Shown: positions 28,918-37,980 of the stretch, one piece after another
Position numbering within the stretch: position 1 is the stretch's first letter
Layout of the letters: the number at the start of each line of letters is the position of its first letter
DNA from: Coraliomargaritaceae bacterium
Lineage (GTDB): Bacteria > Verrucomicrobiota > Verrucomicrobiia > Opitutales > Coraliomargaritaceae
Assembly (NCBI GenBank): GCA_965656495.1
Contig: CBFHKU010000003.1
Location: 32,001-96,000 of the forward strand
Direction: 5' to 3'
Length of the DNA stretch: 64,000 nt
Notes under the pieces: model-generated
What the model saw: only the letters and a program-made list of their open reading frames with translations
Told to the model about the DNA's origin: nothing
Database searches by the model: none
Made by a program: the position numbers and the translations under genes

Positions 28918-28959
28918 CGAACTAAAAATTCAAAGAATTTTTCCATGAAAGAAAGCATA
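28918..28959 (+). repeat. degenerate copy of the rmlA leader and start
   Basis: cgaactaaaaattcaaagaatttttccatgaaagaaagcata vs cgaactaaaatttcggagaaattttctatgaaaggaatcata (30105-30146). Confidence 0.75.
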
Positions 28960-28977
28960 AACCTCATCTGCGTGCAT

Positions 28978-29026
28978 AGCGATTATGATTTAGTGCTACT
29001 TTTGCCGGATGACTGCGATCAATGGC
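28978..29026 (+). pseudogene. 49-nt remnant of the MNT gene
   Basis: 47/49 nt identical to 29372-29420. Confidence 0.85.
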
Positions 29027-29058
29027 TTGAGAAAGTCGCTACGCGACAGTTCTAGTTT

Positions 29059-29121
29059 ATAGTTCGAGAGCTGGAACTCCAAACTGAACACTCAAACTAA
29101 AAATTAAGGAATTTTTCCATG
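29059..29121 (+). repeat. second copy of the GTTCGAG/CTCGAAC element plus rmlA leader ending in ATG
   Basis: atagttcgagagctggaactccaaactgaacactcaaactaaa vs 30002-30044; then aatttttccATG. Confidence 0.75.
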
Positions 29122-29263
29122 GCGGCCATACGCTTCCCCCCATCCAGCATCGCCGTAAGGCCCATCGCTTCTGACTCCTTTACGCCTTTATGAGTCTATT
29201 AACTTACCTTTAGACCGCAAAGTTACGTTGACCTACCTTTCAAGTCTGTTGAGATTTCATACT

Positions 29264-29572
29264 ATGAAAAACGTGTCGATTCGCTCTCTCGCTAAAACAG
29301 CCGGGTTGGCGTCGGGGGCTGATGCAGTTTATTTATTTGGTTCTCGAGCAACCGGACGCAACCGCTCGGACAGCGATTATGATTTAGCGCTACTTTTGCC
29401 GGATGAGTGCGATCAATGGCAAGCGACTCGCGATGCACAGCGTTCACTCTGGCCGCGCCCTGTGCCAATCGACCTGGTTCCAATTACCAAGAAAAGTTGG
29501 GAAGATGGAAGCAACGCCTTCATCAGAGAAGTACGCAAAACCGGTAAACTTCTTTTTTCAAGAGATGGATAA
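29264..29572 (+). CDS. minimal nucleotidyltransferase (MNT) antitoxin
   Basis: VYLFGSRATG...SDYDLAL...PIDLV motif. Confidence 0.88.
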   Translation: MKNVSIRSLAKTAGLASGADAVYLFGSRATGRNRSDSDYDLALLLPDECDQWQATRDAQRSLWPRPVPIDLVPITKKSWEDGSNAFIREVRKTGKLLFSRDG

Positions 29573-29948
29573 TCTCGAAACTGGCAAATGGTTTGCTCAA
29601 GCTGAAGATGACTTCGCTTATGGCTGCGACGGAGTCGCTTCGCATCCGCGTGGAGCCACATGGAATTTTCACCAAGCCGCAGAAAAAGCGATTAAGGCGA
29701 TCCTTATTTCTCAGGAGAAAGATTTTCCACGGACACATGATCTGCCGCGACTATTGACGATACTTCAGTTGGAACCATCGGCCAGCGACACGGTGGCTCA
29801 AGCGGCATTCATTCTTTCCAGTTTTCTGCCGCTCACTCGTTATCCGGGCGATTGGCCCGAAATCAATGAAGCTAGGGCCAAAGAGGCCAAAGAAGCTTCG
29901 AAGATTATTCTGAGTTGGGCACGCAAACACTTTCAGCAGAAATTGTAA
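29565..29948 (+). CDS. HEPN-domain protein
   Basis: WFAQAEDD, HQAAEKAIKA, PRTHDL, TRYPG; overlaps the MNT stop. Confidence 0.88.
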   Translation: MDNLETGKWFAQAEDDFAYGCDGVASHPRGATWNFHQAAEKAIKAILISQEKDFPRTHDLPRLLTILQLEPSASDTVAQAAFILSSFLPLTRYPGDWPEINEARAKEAKEASKIILSWARKHFQQKL

Positions 29949-29976
29949 GATTTACGAAGCGATCTCTTTTACTTAC

Positions 29977-30113
29977 TAGTTCGAGTTATTAGTTCGAGTT
30001 GATAGTTTAAGAGCTCGAACTCCAAACTGAACACTCGAACTAAAGCAATGCGACCACTCGAACACCAGCAACGCTGTAAAAGTGTTCTACTATAACTAAA
30101 AACTCGAACTAAA
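29977..30113. repeat. cluster of AGTTCGAG / CTCGAACT inverted micro-repeats upstream of rmlA
   Basis: tagttcgagtt x2, then ctcgaac at four positions. Confidence 0.8.
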
Positions 30114-30131
30114 ATTTCGGAGAAATTTTCT

Positions 30132-30992
30132 ATGAAAGGAATCATACTAGCCGGTGGTGCCGGCTCCCGTTTACATCCCATCACGCTGGCAGTCTCCAAG
30201 CAGCTCATGCCAGTTTACGATAAGCCGATGATCTACTATCCGCTATCGGTCTTGATGCTGGCAGGGATCAACGAGATCCTGATCATTACGACTCCCGAGG
30301 ATCAGCCGGCTTTTAAGCGCCTGCTGGGGGATGGCTCCGAGCTCGGCTGCCGTTTTCAATACGCGATCCAGGAGGTGCCTAACGGTTTGGCACAGGCCTT
30401 TGTGATCGGTAAAGACTTTATCGGGGATGATAAGGTCGCCTTGGTCCTCGGGGATAATATTTTTTATGGTTCTGGTTTTGGGGAGCTGGTTCGCCGCCAC
30501 ACCGATCCCGATGGCGCGGTTATCTTTGCCGCCAGCGTCCACGATCCAGAGCGCTACGGCGTGGTGGAGTTCGACGAGCAGGAGAACGCTATCTCCATCG
30601 AGGAAAAGCCTGCGCAGCCAAAATCCAATTACGCCGTTCCGGGGCTCTACTTTTACGATAACGATGTGGTCGAAATCGCTGAAACCATCGAGCCCTCCGC
30701 TCGGGGCGAATACGAGATTACCACCGTCAATCAGGTTTACCTGGAGCGGAAAAAGCTCAAAGTTGGCGTATTCAACCGAGGCATCGCATGGCTGGATACT
30801 GGCACTTTCGCTTCACTCAACGAGGCTTCGACCTTCGTCCGCGTCATCGAACAACGGCAGGACACCAAGATCGGCTGTATCGAGGAAGTTGCCTTTTATT
30901 CAAAGTTCATTGATTGTGAACAATTGTTAAAATTGGCTCAGAAATTAGAGAAGTCCGGCTACGGTGATTATCTCTTAAGAATAGCTAAGTGA
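30132..30992 (+). CDS. rfbA: glucose-1-phosphate thymidylyltransferase
   Basis: [47 protein letters not shown]. Confidence 0.95.
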   Translation: MKGIILAGGAGSRLHPITLAVSKQLMPVYDKPMIYYPLSVLMLAGINEILIITTPEDQPAFKRLLGDGSELGCRFQYAIQEVPNGLAQAFVIGKDFIGDDKVALVLGDNIFYGSGFGELVRRHTDPDGAVIFAASVHDPERYGVVEFDEQENAISIEEKPAQPKSNYAVPGLYFYDNDVVEIAETIEPSARGEYEITTVNQVYLERKKLKVGVFNRGIAWLDTGTFASLNEASTFVRVIEQRQDTKIGCIEEVAFYSKFIDCEQLLKLAQKLEKSGYGDYLLRIAK

Positions 30993-31002
30993 TCGTCGCA
31001 TC

Positions 31003-31736
31003 ATGCCGCAATCAACCAGTCGAGAGCTTTTCATGCGAAAAGTCTCTGATGCATTAGAGCAATATCCCGCACTTTACTGCTGTGTCATGGTACGTCGCTT
31101 AGGTCCGCAACGCGCCTACAATCGTGTGGTGCATCCTTTGACCGATATCACGATTGAGGGCTTCCCTCGCTGTGCCAATAGTTTTGCCGTGCAGGCTTTT
31201 CGATCCGCGAATGATGTAAACCGACCTCTTAGAATTGCGACACATTTGCACTCTACTGCAAATGTGGTGCAATCCATTCGTTTAAAAATTCCCACTGTGG
31301 TTTTGATCCGCAACCCTGGGGATGCCTTGGTTTCATGGCTTTCTTTAGCGATTCAATTGAATAAAATATCTGAAACTTCGCGCACCGACCAAAATCAACT
31401 TCGCAGGATGACTTATTGGAAAAAATCGCTATGCGTCTTTTTACGAGCGTTTGATGTCCTACCGCCCAGCCATGGTCTGTCTTGATTTTAATGAAGTCGT
31501 TACTGATTTCGGTGCCTGCATCGAGCGTATTAACCAACACTTCAGCACAGAATTTCATTTATTTCGGCATACGGAGACACAAGTGGACGAAATCTTTAAA
31601 CGCTCCAAGGTGCATTTGTCACCATCAGTCGAGCGAGAGCAAATTAAAGAAGAAATTAAAGAATTGTATGCTTCAAAAAACCAATTCGGCCAATCGGGAG
31701 CGTGCCCAGTCCGCCTATAACTTATTTTTGAGCTAA
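31003..31736 (+). pseudogene. sulfotransferase-like gene broken by two frameshifts in A6 runs
   Basis: IEGFPRCANSF and LIRNP motifs; reading continues across 31420-31425 and 31675-31680 if one A is removed at each. Confidence 0.6.
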
Positions 31737-31739
31737 TTT

Positions 31740-33689
31740 ATGAGTGCGATACGATATAGGCCGGAAGTCGATGGCCTGCGTGCGGTTGCTGTGATTCCAG
31801 TTGTCCTGTTCCACTTGGGAGCGACATGGATTCCCGGTGGCTTTGTTGGGGTCGATGTCTTCTTCGTGATTTCCGGATTCTTGATTTCCTCGATCATCCT
31901 CAAAGAGCAAGCAGCAGGCACCTTTACGTTCTCAGGGTTCTGGATGCGTCGGGTTCGACGTATCATGCCTGCGATGTTAGCAATGTTGATTGTAACATCG
32001 ATTGCTGGATACCTTTTACTGTTTGGCCCCAATTGGAAGGGTTTGAGCGATCAAGTGTTCTCCGCACTCGGCCTGTACGCAAATATTGAGATGTGGCAGT
32101 TGTCTGGTAATTATTGGGGCCCTGGTGCGGAGAGCGCGCCATTGTTACATACTTGGTCGCTATCGGTTGAAGAGCAGTTCTATTTTTTTTATCCCTTACT
32201 TTTACTGATCTTATTAAAGTTCACGCCAAAACGGGTATTTACGCTGATCCTCATCGGGAGTGTATTTAGTTTAGCTATGTGCGTCTATGCCACCGAACGC
32301 CACGCCAATGCTGCTTTTTACTTCTTGCCGACGCGTGCATGGGAGCTAGCGGCAGGTTGTTTATTGGCGATCTTTGAGCGTTCTCGAGGCCCAGTGCCTA
32401 AAGGGAGCATTAGTCGCAGTCTTGCACTTGCTGGACTGTTGCTCATTTGCGCGGGATATTTAATCATAAAAGGCCCTGAAGGTTTTCCCGGCTTCTGGGC
32501 GTTGCTACCCGTGGTTGGCACTGTTTTAGTGATTCGATTTGCGTGTACCGAGCAGTGCCTTGCAGGAAAAATATTGGGATGGGCACCTGTTGTGTATATC
32601 GGGAAATGCTCTTATTCGATGTATTTGTGGCATTGGCCTGTGATCGTTCTAGTCTCTGCGCTTAAGCTAAAATACCCCGAACTGGTCAATCTATGGGCTA
32701 TTCTAGCAGCGATGACTGTGCTCACTTTGGTGTCTTATCATTTCATTGAGTATCCGACGCGTAAGATGAAACGAATACTGCCATTAGTTCTGGCCGGTTT
32801 GGCCACTAGCTTGGGGTTCGCTACTTTTTTACGTCATGCTGAGTATGTATATGATTTATCCATCTTTGCTCCTGTGGAAGCTTTTGGTGCGGTCTACGAT
32901 GTCGTGCCATTCCCGCCTGAATTAGACGAGCGTCTTGAAGGTGTTGTGTCGCCGGACCGAGACCCCGCACAATATGCAGCATACGCGAATGATGGGGTTG
33001 TCCGTCAATTCGGGGGCGAAACGCCATCAGTAGTTGTTCTAGGCAGTTCTCATGGATTAATGTGGGGGAGAACGATTGAAGATATTTGTCGAGAGCTTGG
33101 CTTGACGGTTTTTTTCTATACTGCACGAGCGACGCCTCCTTGGATCTCGCTTCCAGTAGTTGCAGAAGCATCGCGTTTTTTTACCGAAGATCAGAAGTAT
33201 GCATTCGATATGAAGCGCATAGAGAATATTAAGGAATGGGCTCCTGATGTTGTGATCATAGTGGACCGTTGGTCTGTTCGTGGTGACCCGTTTGAGCATA
33301 CCGAGCTGCTTCAATATATAGAATCATGTGGGTCACAAGTCCTTCTGATCGGCCAACCACCTGAGTTGTCGACAGGGGATATGAGTATTCCACTACTCAT
33401 GGCCTATCGGTATGCTTCTTCTAATAGTCCGCCGCATCAAGATTACTTAGAGGCGCATCGTCCAGTGGTTGTCGATGATGCAAATTCTCGTATACGCGAG
33501 CTAGCAGAATTCTTTGAGTTTTGTCATTTCGTCGCCGTACAGGATCTATTTGAAACTGAAGATGCTCACGTGGTAGTCCGCGAGGGCAATCAAATCTTGT
33601 ATATTGACGACGATCATTTGAGTCAGGCGGGTGTGCAAAAAGCTAAAGACCGTCTCAAGCAAGCAATAGTAGCTTTAGTCAAAGAATAA
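31740..33689 (+). CDS. OafA-like acyltransferase-3 with SGNH domain
   Basis: DGLRAVAV, GVDVFFVISGFLI, HTWSLSVEEQFY, GSSH, DDDHLS. Confidence 0.9.
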   Translation: MSAIRYRPEVDGLRAVAVIPVVLFHLGATWIPGGFVGVDVFFVISGFLISSIILKEQAAGTFTFSGFWMRRVRRIMPAMLAMLIVTSIAGYLLLFGPNWKGLSDQVFSALGLYANIEMWQLSGNYWGPGAESAPLLHTWSLSVEEQFYFFYPLLLLILLKFTPKRVFTLILIGSVFSLAMCVYATERHANAAFYFLPTRAWELAAGCLLAIFERSRGPVPKGSISRSLALAGLLLICAGYLIIKGPEGFPGFWALLPVVGTVLVIRFACTEQCLAGKILGWAPVVYIGKCSYSMYLWHWPVIVLVSALKLKYPELVNLWAILAAMTVLTLVSYHFIEYPTRKMKRILPLVLAGLATSLGFATFLRHAEYVYDLSIFAPVEAFGAVYDVVPFPPELDERLEGVVSPDRDPAQYAAYANDGVVRQFGGETPSVVVLGSSHGLMWGRTIEDICRELGLTVFFYTARATPPWISLPVVAEASRFFTEDQKYAFDMKRIENIKEWAPDVVIIVDRWSVRGDPFEHTELLQYIESCGSQVLLIGQPPELSTGDMSIPLLMAYRYASSNSPPHQDYLEAHRPVVVDDANSRIRELAEFFEFCHFVAVQDLFETEDAHVVVREGNQILYIDDDHLSQAGVQKAKDRLKQAIVALVKE

Positions 33690-33699
33690 CATTAAGGAA

Positions 33700-34104
33700 A
33701 TGAAGATGCTTGGGGAAGTAATCGAACTGCAATCTCTAGGAGATTCAAGAGGAGGGCTTATTGTTGCGGAGGCACAGCGACACATACCATTTGAAATTAA
33801 GAGAGTGTATTGGATCCATAGCACACAAGCTGGAGTGGAACGTGGTTTTCATGCCCATAAAGTGTTACGACAAGTTGCCGTTGTCGTTAATGGTTCATGC
33901 GAAATAGTGCTAGACGACGGCAATGATACAGCATGCATTCCTATGCATGCCTCTGGTGCGGGCGTTGTGATTGAGCCAGGTATCTGGCATTACATGAAAA
34001 ACTTTACAGCTGACTGTGTTTTACTCGTGTTTGCGGATGCGCATTACGATGAGGCGGATTACATCAGAGATCACGACGAATTTGTTCGGTCGATTGAAAG
34101 CTAG
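33700..34104 (+). CDS. FdtA/QdtA-type dTDP-sugar 3,4-ketoisomerase (cupin)
   Basis: DSRGGL, PFEIKRVY, RGFHAHK, YDEADYIRD. Confidence 0.9.
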   Translation: MKMLGEVIELQSLGDSRGGLIVAEAQRHIPFEIKRVYWIHSTQAGVERGFHAHKVLRQVAVVVNGSCEIVLDDGNDTACIPMHASGAGVVIEPGIWHYMKNFTADCVLLVFADAHYDEADYIRDHDEFVRSIES

Positions 34105-34112
34105 GTTTATAT

Positions 34113-35090
34113 ATGTTAGAATTTGTTAAGTATCGTGCCGACTTGAAGGAAGAGTGGGACCGTTTTGTCGAGAGTTCTAAGAATTCCAGTTTCTTGCTAA
34201 AACGCGATTATATGGAGTATCATGCTGATCGTTTTGAAGATGCGTCGGTTATGGTTTATGATGGGGGCTCATTGGTCATGGTCCTTCCCGCCAATCAGAG
34301 AAGTGAAACAATTGTTAGTTCACATGATGGCTTAACTTATGGAGGATTTGTTCTGGATCGTGAGATTAAGCTGCCTGTTGTTTTGCCCGCAATCGCAGGA
34401 GTCCTAGATTTTTATAATCGTAACGGGGTCGCGAGTTTGGAGGTTAAAGTAATTCCTCGCTTCTTCAATACGGTGTCCTCGGATGAAGTAGACTATGCAA
34501 TGTTTGTGTGTGGCGCGGAACTGTATCGGAGAGATACAGCACTCGTTGTCGACCAAGCTGCACGTATTCAGTATAGTGGAAATTACCGTCGAGAGGCGAA
34601 TCGTGCGCGTAAAGAGGGCTTAACCGTGCAAGAGGAAGCCGAGTTGGAGCCATTTTGGAATGAAGTGCTTCGGCCGAATTTGAGTTTGCGATTTGGGGTC
34701 GAACCAGTGCATACGCTGGAAGAGATGGAGACCTTGAAATCGCGTTTTCCTGAAAATATCAAATGCTATTCGGTTCGTGATCGTGATGGTGTCATTCAGT
34801 GTGGTTCCGTCTTCTATTTATCTAAAGAGATTGCGCACTCCCAATACATATCGTCTTCAGATGCTGGGCGACGTAACGGGGCACTCAACCTCCTCTTTAT
34901 TGATTTGATGGATGAAGTACTTTGTGGGCATCGTTTCTTCGATTATGGTACTGCTAATGATAATCAGGGCAGAAAGCTTAATCTCGGTTTACTCGCGTGG
35001 AAAGAACGCATGGGAGGTCGCACTGTGGTTCATGACTTTTATCGTGTTGATACCAGTAAGGCAGACTTAGTTGGATCTGTAATACAATGA
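34113..35090 (+). CDS. GNAT/FemAB-like acyltransferase
   Basis: WDRFV..SKN, DYMEYHADRFED, SHDGLTYGG, FDYGT, GLLAWKERMG. Confidence 0.75.
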   Translation: MLEFVKYRADLKEEWDRFVESSKNSSFLLKRDYMEYHADRFEDASVMVYDGGSLVMVLPANQRSETIVSSHDGLTYGGFVLDREIKLPVVLPAIAGVLDFYNRNGVASLEVKVIPRFFNTVSSDEVDYAMFVCGAELYRRDTALVVDQAARIQYSGNYRREANRARKEGLTVQEEAELEPFWNEVLRPNLSLRFGVEPVHTLEEMETLKSRFPENIKCYSVRDRDGVIQCGSVFYLSKEIAHSQYISSSDAGRRNGALNLLFIDLMDEVLCGHRFFDYGTANDNQGRKLNLGLLAWKERMGGRTVVHDFYRVDTSKADLVGSVIQ

Positions 35091-36037
35091 TTGAAATCAG
35101 AGAAGGCTGTGTTGTCGGCGAGGTTGAAAACAATCATCCTCCATTGTCGGTTATCCCGTGCTCTCTGGCCGCAGCATGTGAAAATGCAAGAATTGGGTGC
35201 CGTGATTCCAAAGAATTAAATCAGTTGCTTATGAAGCGATTGGGGGCGTTGGAAGTTGTGGTTGGGCAGAATTGTCGAGAATCTTTGAGGGGCGTATTGG
35301 ATTGTTTAGGCATTCAATCGCCAAATGATGAGGTGGCAGTTTTTACTACAAGTGGAAAGCCTTACTTGTCGGGATGTGTTTCGAAAACAATCGATTCTGC
35401 GGGGTCATGGGTTCGTGAAACGATTACTTCGAAGACTAAGGCTATTTTAGTTGTTCATGAATTTGGTTATCCTTACGAGAATGTTTCAAGGTTTAGACAG
35501 TTTGAATTGCCAATTGTTGAAGATGTCGCGTTTTCATTTAATTCTAGACATCTTGGCGGCGATTTAGTTGGCACTAGAGGTGACTACGCTGTGTTCAGTT
35601 TTTCGAAGTATTTCGATATCCAAATCGGTGGAGCTTCCGCGAGGCTAAATCCAGACGTTCCCGAGCTTCCCATTGAGCAGAATAGTAATGCTGTCCACTA
35701 CGTGAAAGGTGTTGTTCTTTCTCAGTATTCTAACATTGAACCATTTGCACAAACGAGGATTGGTCTCTTCAAGTATTACGTAGAACGATTTCGGGCAATT
35801 GGAGTGGTCCCTTATTTTGAGGATACTATGGGAGTCGTTCCTGGCGTATTTCTCTTTCGTGCTCCGACTGATTGGAATCTGGTTCAGCTAAAGGAATACT
35901 TATGGAAGCGTGGGATACAATGCACCGTATTCTATGGTGACGATGCTTTTTACCTGCCCCTTCATCATGCGATGGACGAAGCGACCATTGACTATCTGTA
36001 TTGGATGGTTCGCTCATTTTTAGATGAGAATAAATAA
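35087..36037 (+). CDS. divergent DegT/DnrJ-like PLP-dependent protein
   Basis: KAILVVHEFGYP, IVEDVAFS, GDYAVFSFSK..GG, LPLH. Confidence 0.65.
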   Translation: MIEIREGCVVGEVENNHPPLSVIPCSLAAACENARIGCRDSKELNQLLMKRLGALEVVVGQNCRESLRGVLDCLGIQSPNDEVAVFTTSGKPYLSGCVSKTIDSAGSWVRETITSKTKAILVVHEFGYPYENVSRFRQFELPIVEDVAFSFNSRHLGGDLVGTRGDYAVFSFSKYFDIQIGGASARLNPDVPELPIEQNSNAVHYVKGVVLSQYSNIEPFAQTRIGLFKYYVERFRAIGVVPYFEDTMGVVPGVFLFRAPTDWNLVQLKEYLWKRGIQCTVFYGDDAFYLPLHHAMDEATIDYLYWMVRSFLDENK

Positions 36038-36863
36038 TTTTATATTAACAGGATTTGATCGGTCTGGTACTAGCGCGATCTCTCGAACCCTTGCAATGCA
36101 TCCTAGCGTTGAACTTGTCTTTCGTCCTTTTAACGGAGGAAGTATTCGTGAGAAGATGTATGATATTTTGTCGGATGAGAACGTGTCTGATGCAGATGTT
36201 CAATTCTTCAGTGAATTGTCGAAGGGTAAGTTTGATTCCCGCTATGTTGTATCATGGTGGCATAAAAAGTATTCTTCTATCTCTAATCGCTTTCTAGAAG
36301 ATCGTTTGCATGTAATTATTACGAACTTGAACCATTTTACAGTTCCTTGGGTTTCGGCGAAATTTCCTAATATTGAGAGTTGGGCTATCTGGCGTAATCC
36401 ACTCGATATTGTTCAATCATGCCTAGAGAATAATTTCCTAGGTGATTGGTATGAAGATGCACTAGAGAATGTAATACAAGCTGTAAGGTCAGATGAATTT
36501 CTAAGTTCTCAGTTTTTACAGTATGAGGACTGTTTAGATGATGAGGTTAAGAAAATTTCGTACCTCTTAGCAGTTCGTAATACTTATTTGTTCAATAATA
36601 TAGAACGTGGGAAAATTGTGGACTATGATTTGTTTAAAACAGATCCTAACCGTGCATTAAGGCCAGTTTTGGATTATTTTGAGTTAGACAGTAGTTACGA
36701 TTTTAGTAGTATGCTGGAGCAGGATCTAAATAGTGTTCCTGGTAAAGTAAGATATGCTCCTGGCATGAAGAAAAAACACACGTTTTCGGATGAGAACGTA
36801 GAGTTTCTAAGCCGCGTTATGCTGCCCTTACAAGAAGCTTTGGGGCGAAAAGCGAATGATTAA
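36024..36863 (+). CDS. sulfotransferase-like protein
   Basis: PAPS-binding-like GFDRSGTS and WRNPLD motifs. Confidence 0.65.
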   Translation: MRINNFILTGFDRSGTSAISRTLAMHPSVELVFRPFNGGSIREKMYDILSDENVSDADVQFFSELSKGKFDSRYVVSWWHKKYSSISNRFLEDRLHVIITNLNHFTVPWVSAKFPNIESWAIWRNPLDIVQSCLENNFLGDWYEDALENVIQAVRSDEFLSSQFLQYEDCLDDEVKKISYLLAVRNTYLFNNIERGKIVDYDLFKTDPNRALRPVLDYFELDSSYDFSSMLEQDLNSVPGKVRYAPGMKKKHTFSDENVEFLSRVMLPLQEALGRKAND

Positions 36864-37965
36864 GTTCCTAGACCTTAAAAAAGTAAACGATGCTTACAAT
36901 GTAGAGATTTTGGAGGCTATACAGCGTGTGTTAGACTCTGGATGGTATCTTCTCGGCCAAGAAGGCGCGGCCTTCGAACAGGAGTTTGCCACATACTGCG
37001 AAGCGGAGTATTGCCTCGGTGTGGCCAACGGTCTTGATTCGCTCATTCTCATCCTGATGGCGTATCGTGAGTTGGGCTTAATGGATGAAGGTGATGAGGT
37101 GATCGTTCCTGCGAATACTTACATTGCCTCTATTCTCGCGATCAGTCGGACGGGTTTGAAGCCCGTTCTGGTCGAGCCCGATGAACGCACGTATAATATC
37201 GACCCGAATCTGATTGAGGCTGCGATCACGGAAAAGACCAAAGCCATCATGGCGGTGCACCTGTATGGGCAATGTGCCGATATGGACCCGATCTGTGCGA
37301 TTGCCAAAAAGCATGGCTTGAAGGTGGTCGAAGATGCGGCGCAGGCCCACGCGGCCACTTACCGTGGACGTAAAACTGGCTCACTCGGTGACGCTGCTGG
37401 TTTTAGTTTTTATCCAGGTAAAAATCTGGGTGCATTGGGTGATGGCGGAGCCGTTACGACCAACGACGCTCAATTAGCCGAAACCATTAAAGCGCTACGC
37501 AATTACGGATCGCATCAAAAATACCATAATTTATACAAAGGGATGAATAGTCGCTTGGATGAGATTCAAGCGGCGATCCTGCGGGTGAAACTGCAGTCTC
37601 TCGATGCGGATACCAAAAAGCGCGAAGACGTTGCCAATCTTTACCTTTCTCGGCTCTCAGCCCTCAGCCTTCAGGTCTCTTTACCACACGTCGCCGACTA
37701 TGGCACACCCGCCTGGCACTTATTTGTGATTCGTGTTAAAGAGCGTGATGCGCTCGCGGCTCAATTATTAGAGCAAGGTGTTCAGACGATGGTTCATTAT
37801 CCTGTGCCGCCGCATTGCCAAAAGGCTTACTCTGAGTTGAAGCATTTATTGTTGCCACAAACGGAGCTGATTCACCAAGAGGTGCTGAGCCTGCCGATCA
37901 GTCCGGTGCTTTCCGAGGTTGAGGTCGAACGAGTCTGTTCGGCATTAAAACAGTTTTTTGTTTAG
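36856..37965 (+). CDS. FdtB/QdtB-type DegT sugar aminotransferase
   Basis: [39 protein letters not shown]. Confidence 0.92.
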   Translation: MIKFLDLKKVNDAYNVEILEAIQRVLDSGWYLLGQEGAAFEQEFATYCEAEYCLGVANGLDSLILILMAYRELGLMDEGDEVIVPANTYIASILAISRTGLKPVLVEPDERTYNIDPNLIEAAITEKTKAIMAVHLYGQCADMDPICAIAKKHGLKVVEDAAQAHAATYRGRKTGSLGDAAGFSFYPGKNLGALGDGGAVTTNDAQLAETIKALRNYGSHQKYHNLYKGMNSRLDEIQAAILRVKLQSLDADTKKREDVANLYLSRLSALSLQVSLPHVADYGTPAWHLFVIRVKERDALAAQLLEQGVQTMVHYPVPPHCQKAYSELKHLLLPQTELIHQEVLSLPISPVLSEVEVERVCSALKQFFV

Positions 37966-37980
37966 CCAGTTTCCTGCGTA

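Noticed and set aside
29403..29564. N-terminal extension of the HEPN ORF in the track
   Set aside because: Overlaps the MNT gene; the HEPN domain begins at ATG 29565
27609..30131. Classical integron
   Set aside because: No IntI-like tyrosine recombinase recognised; boundary palindromes run GTT...AAC, not the RYYYAAC...GTTRRRY attC arrangement
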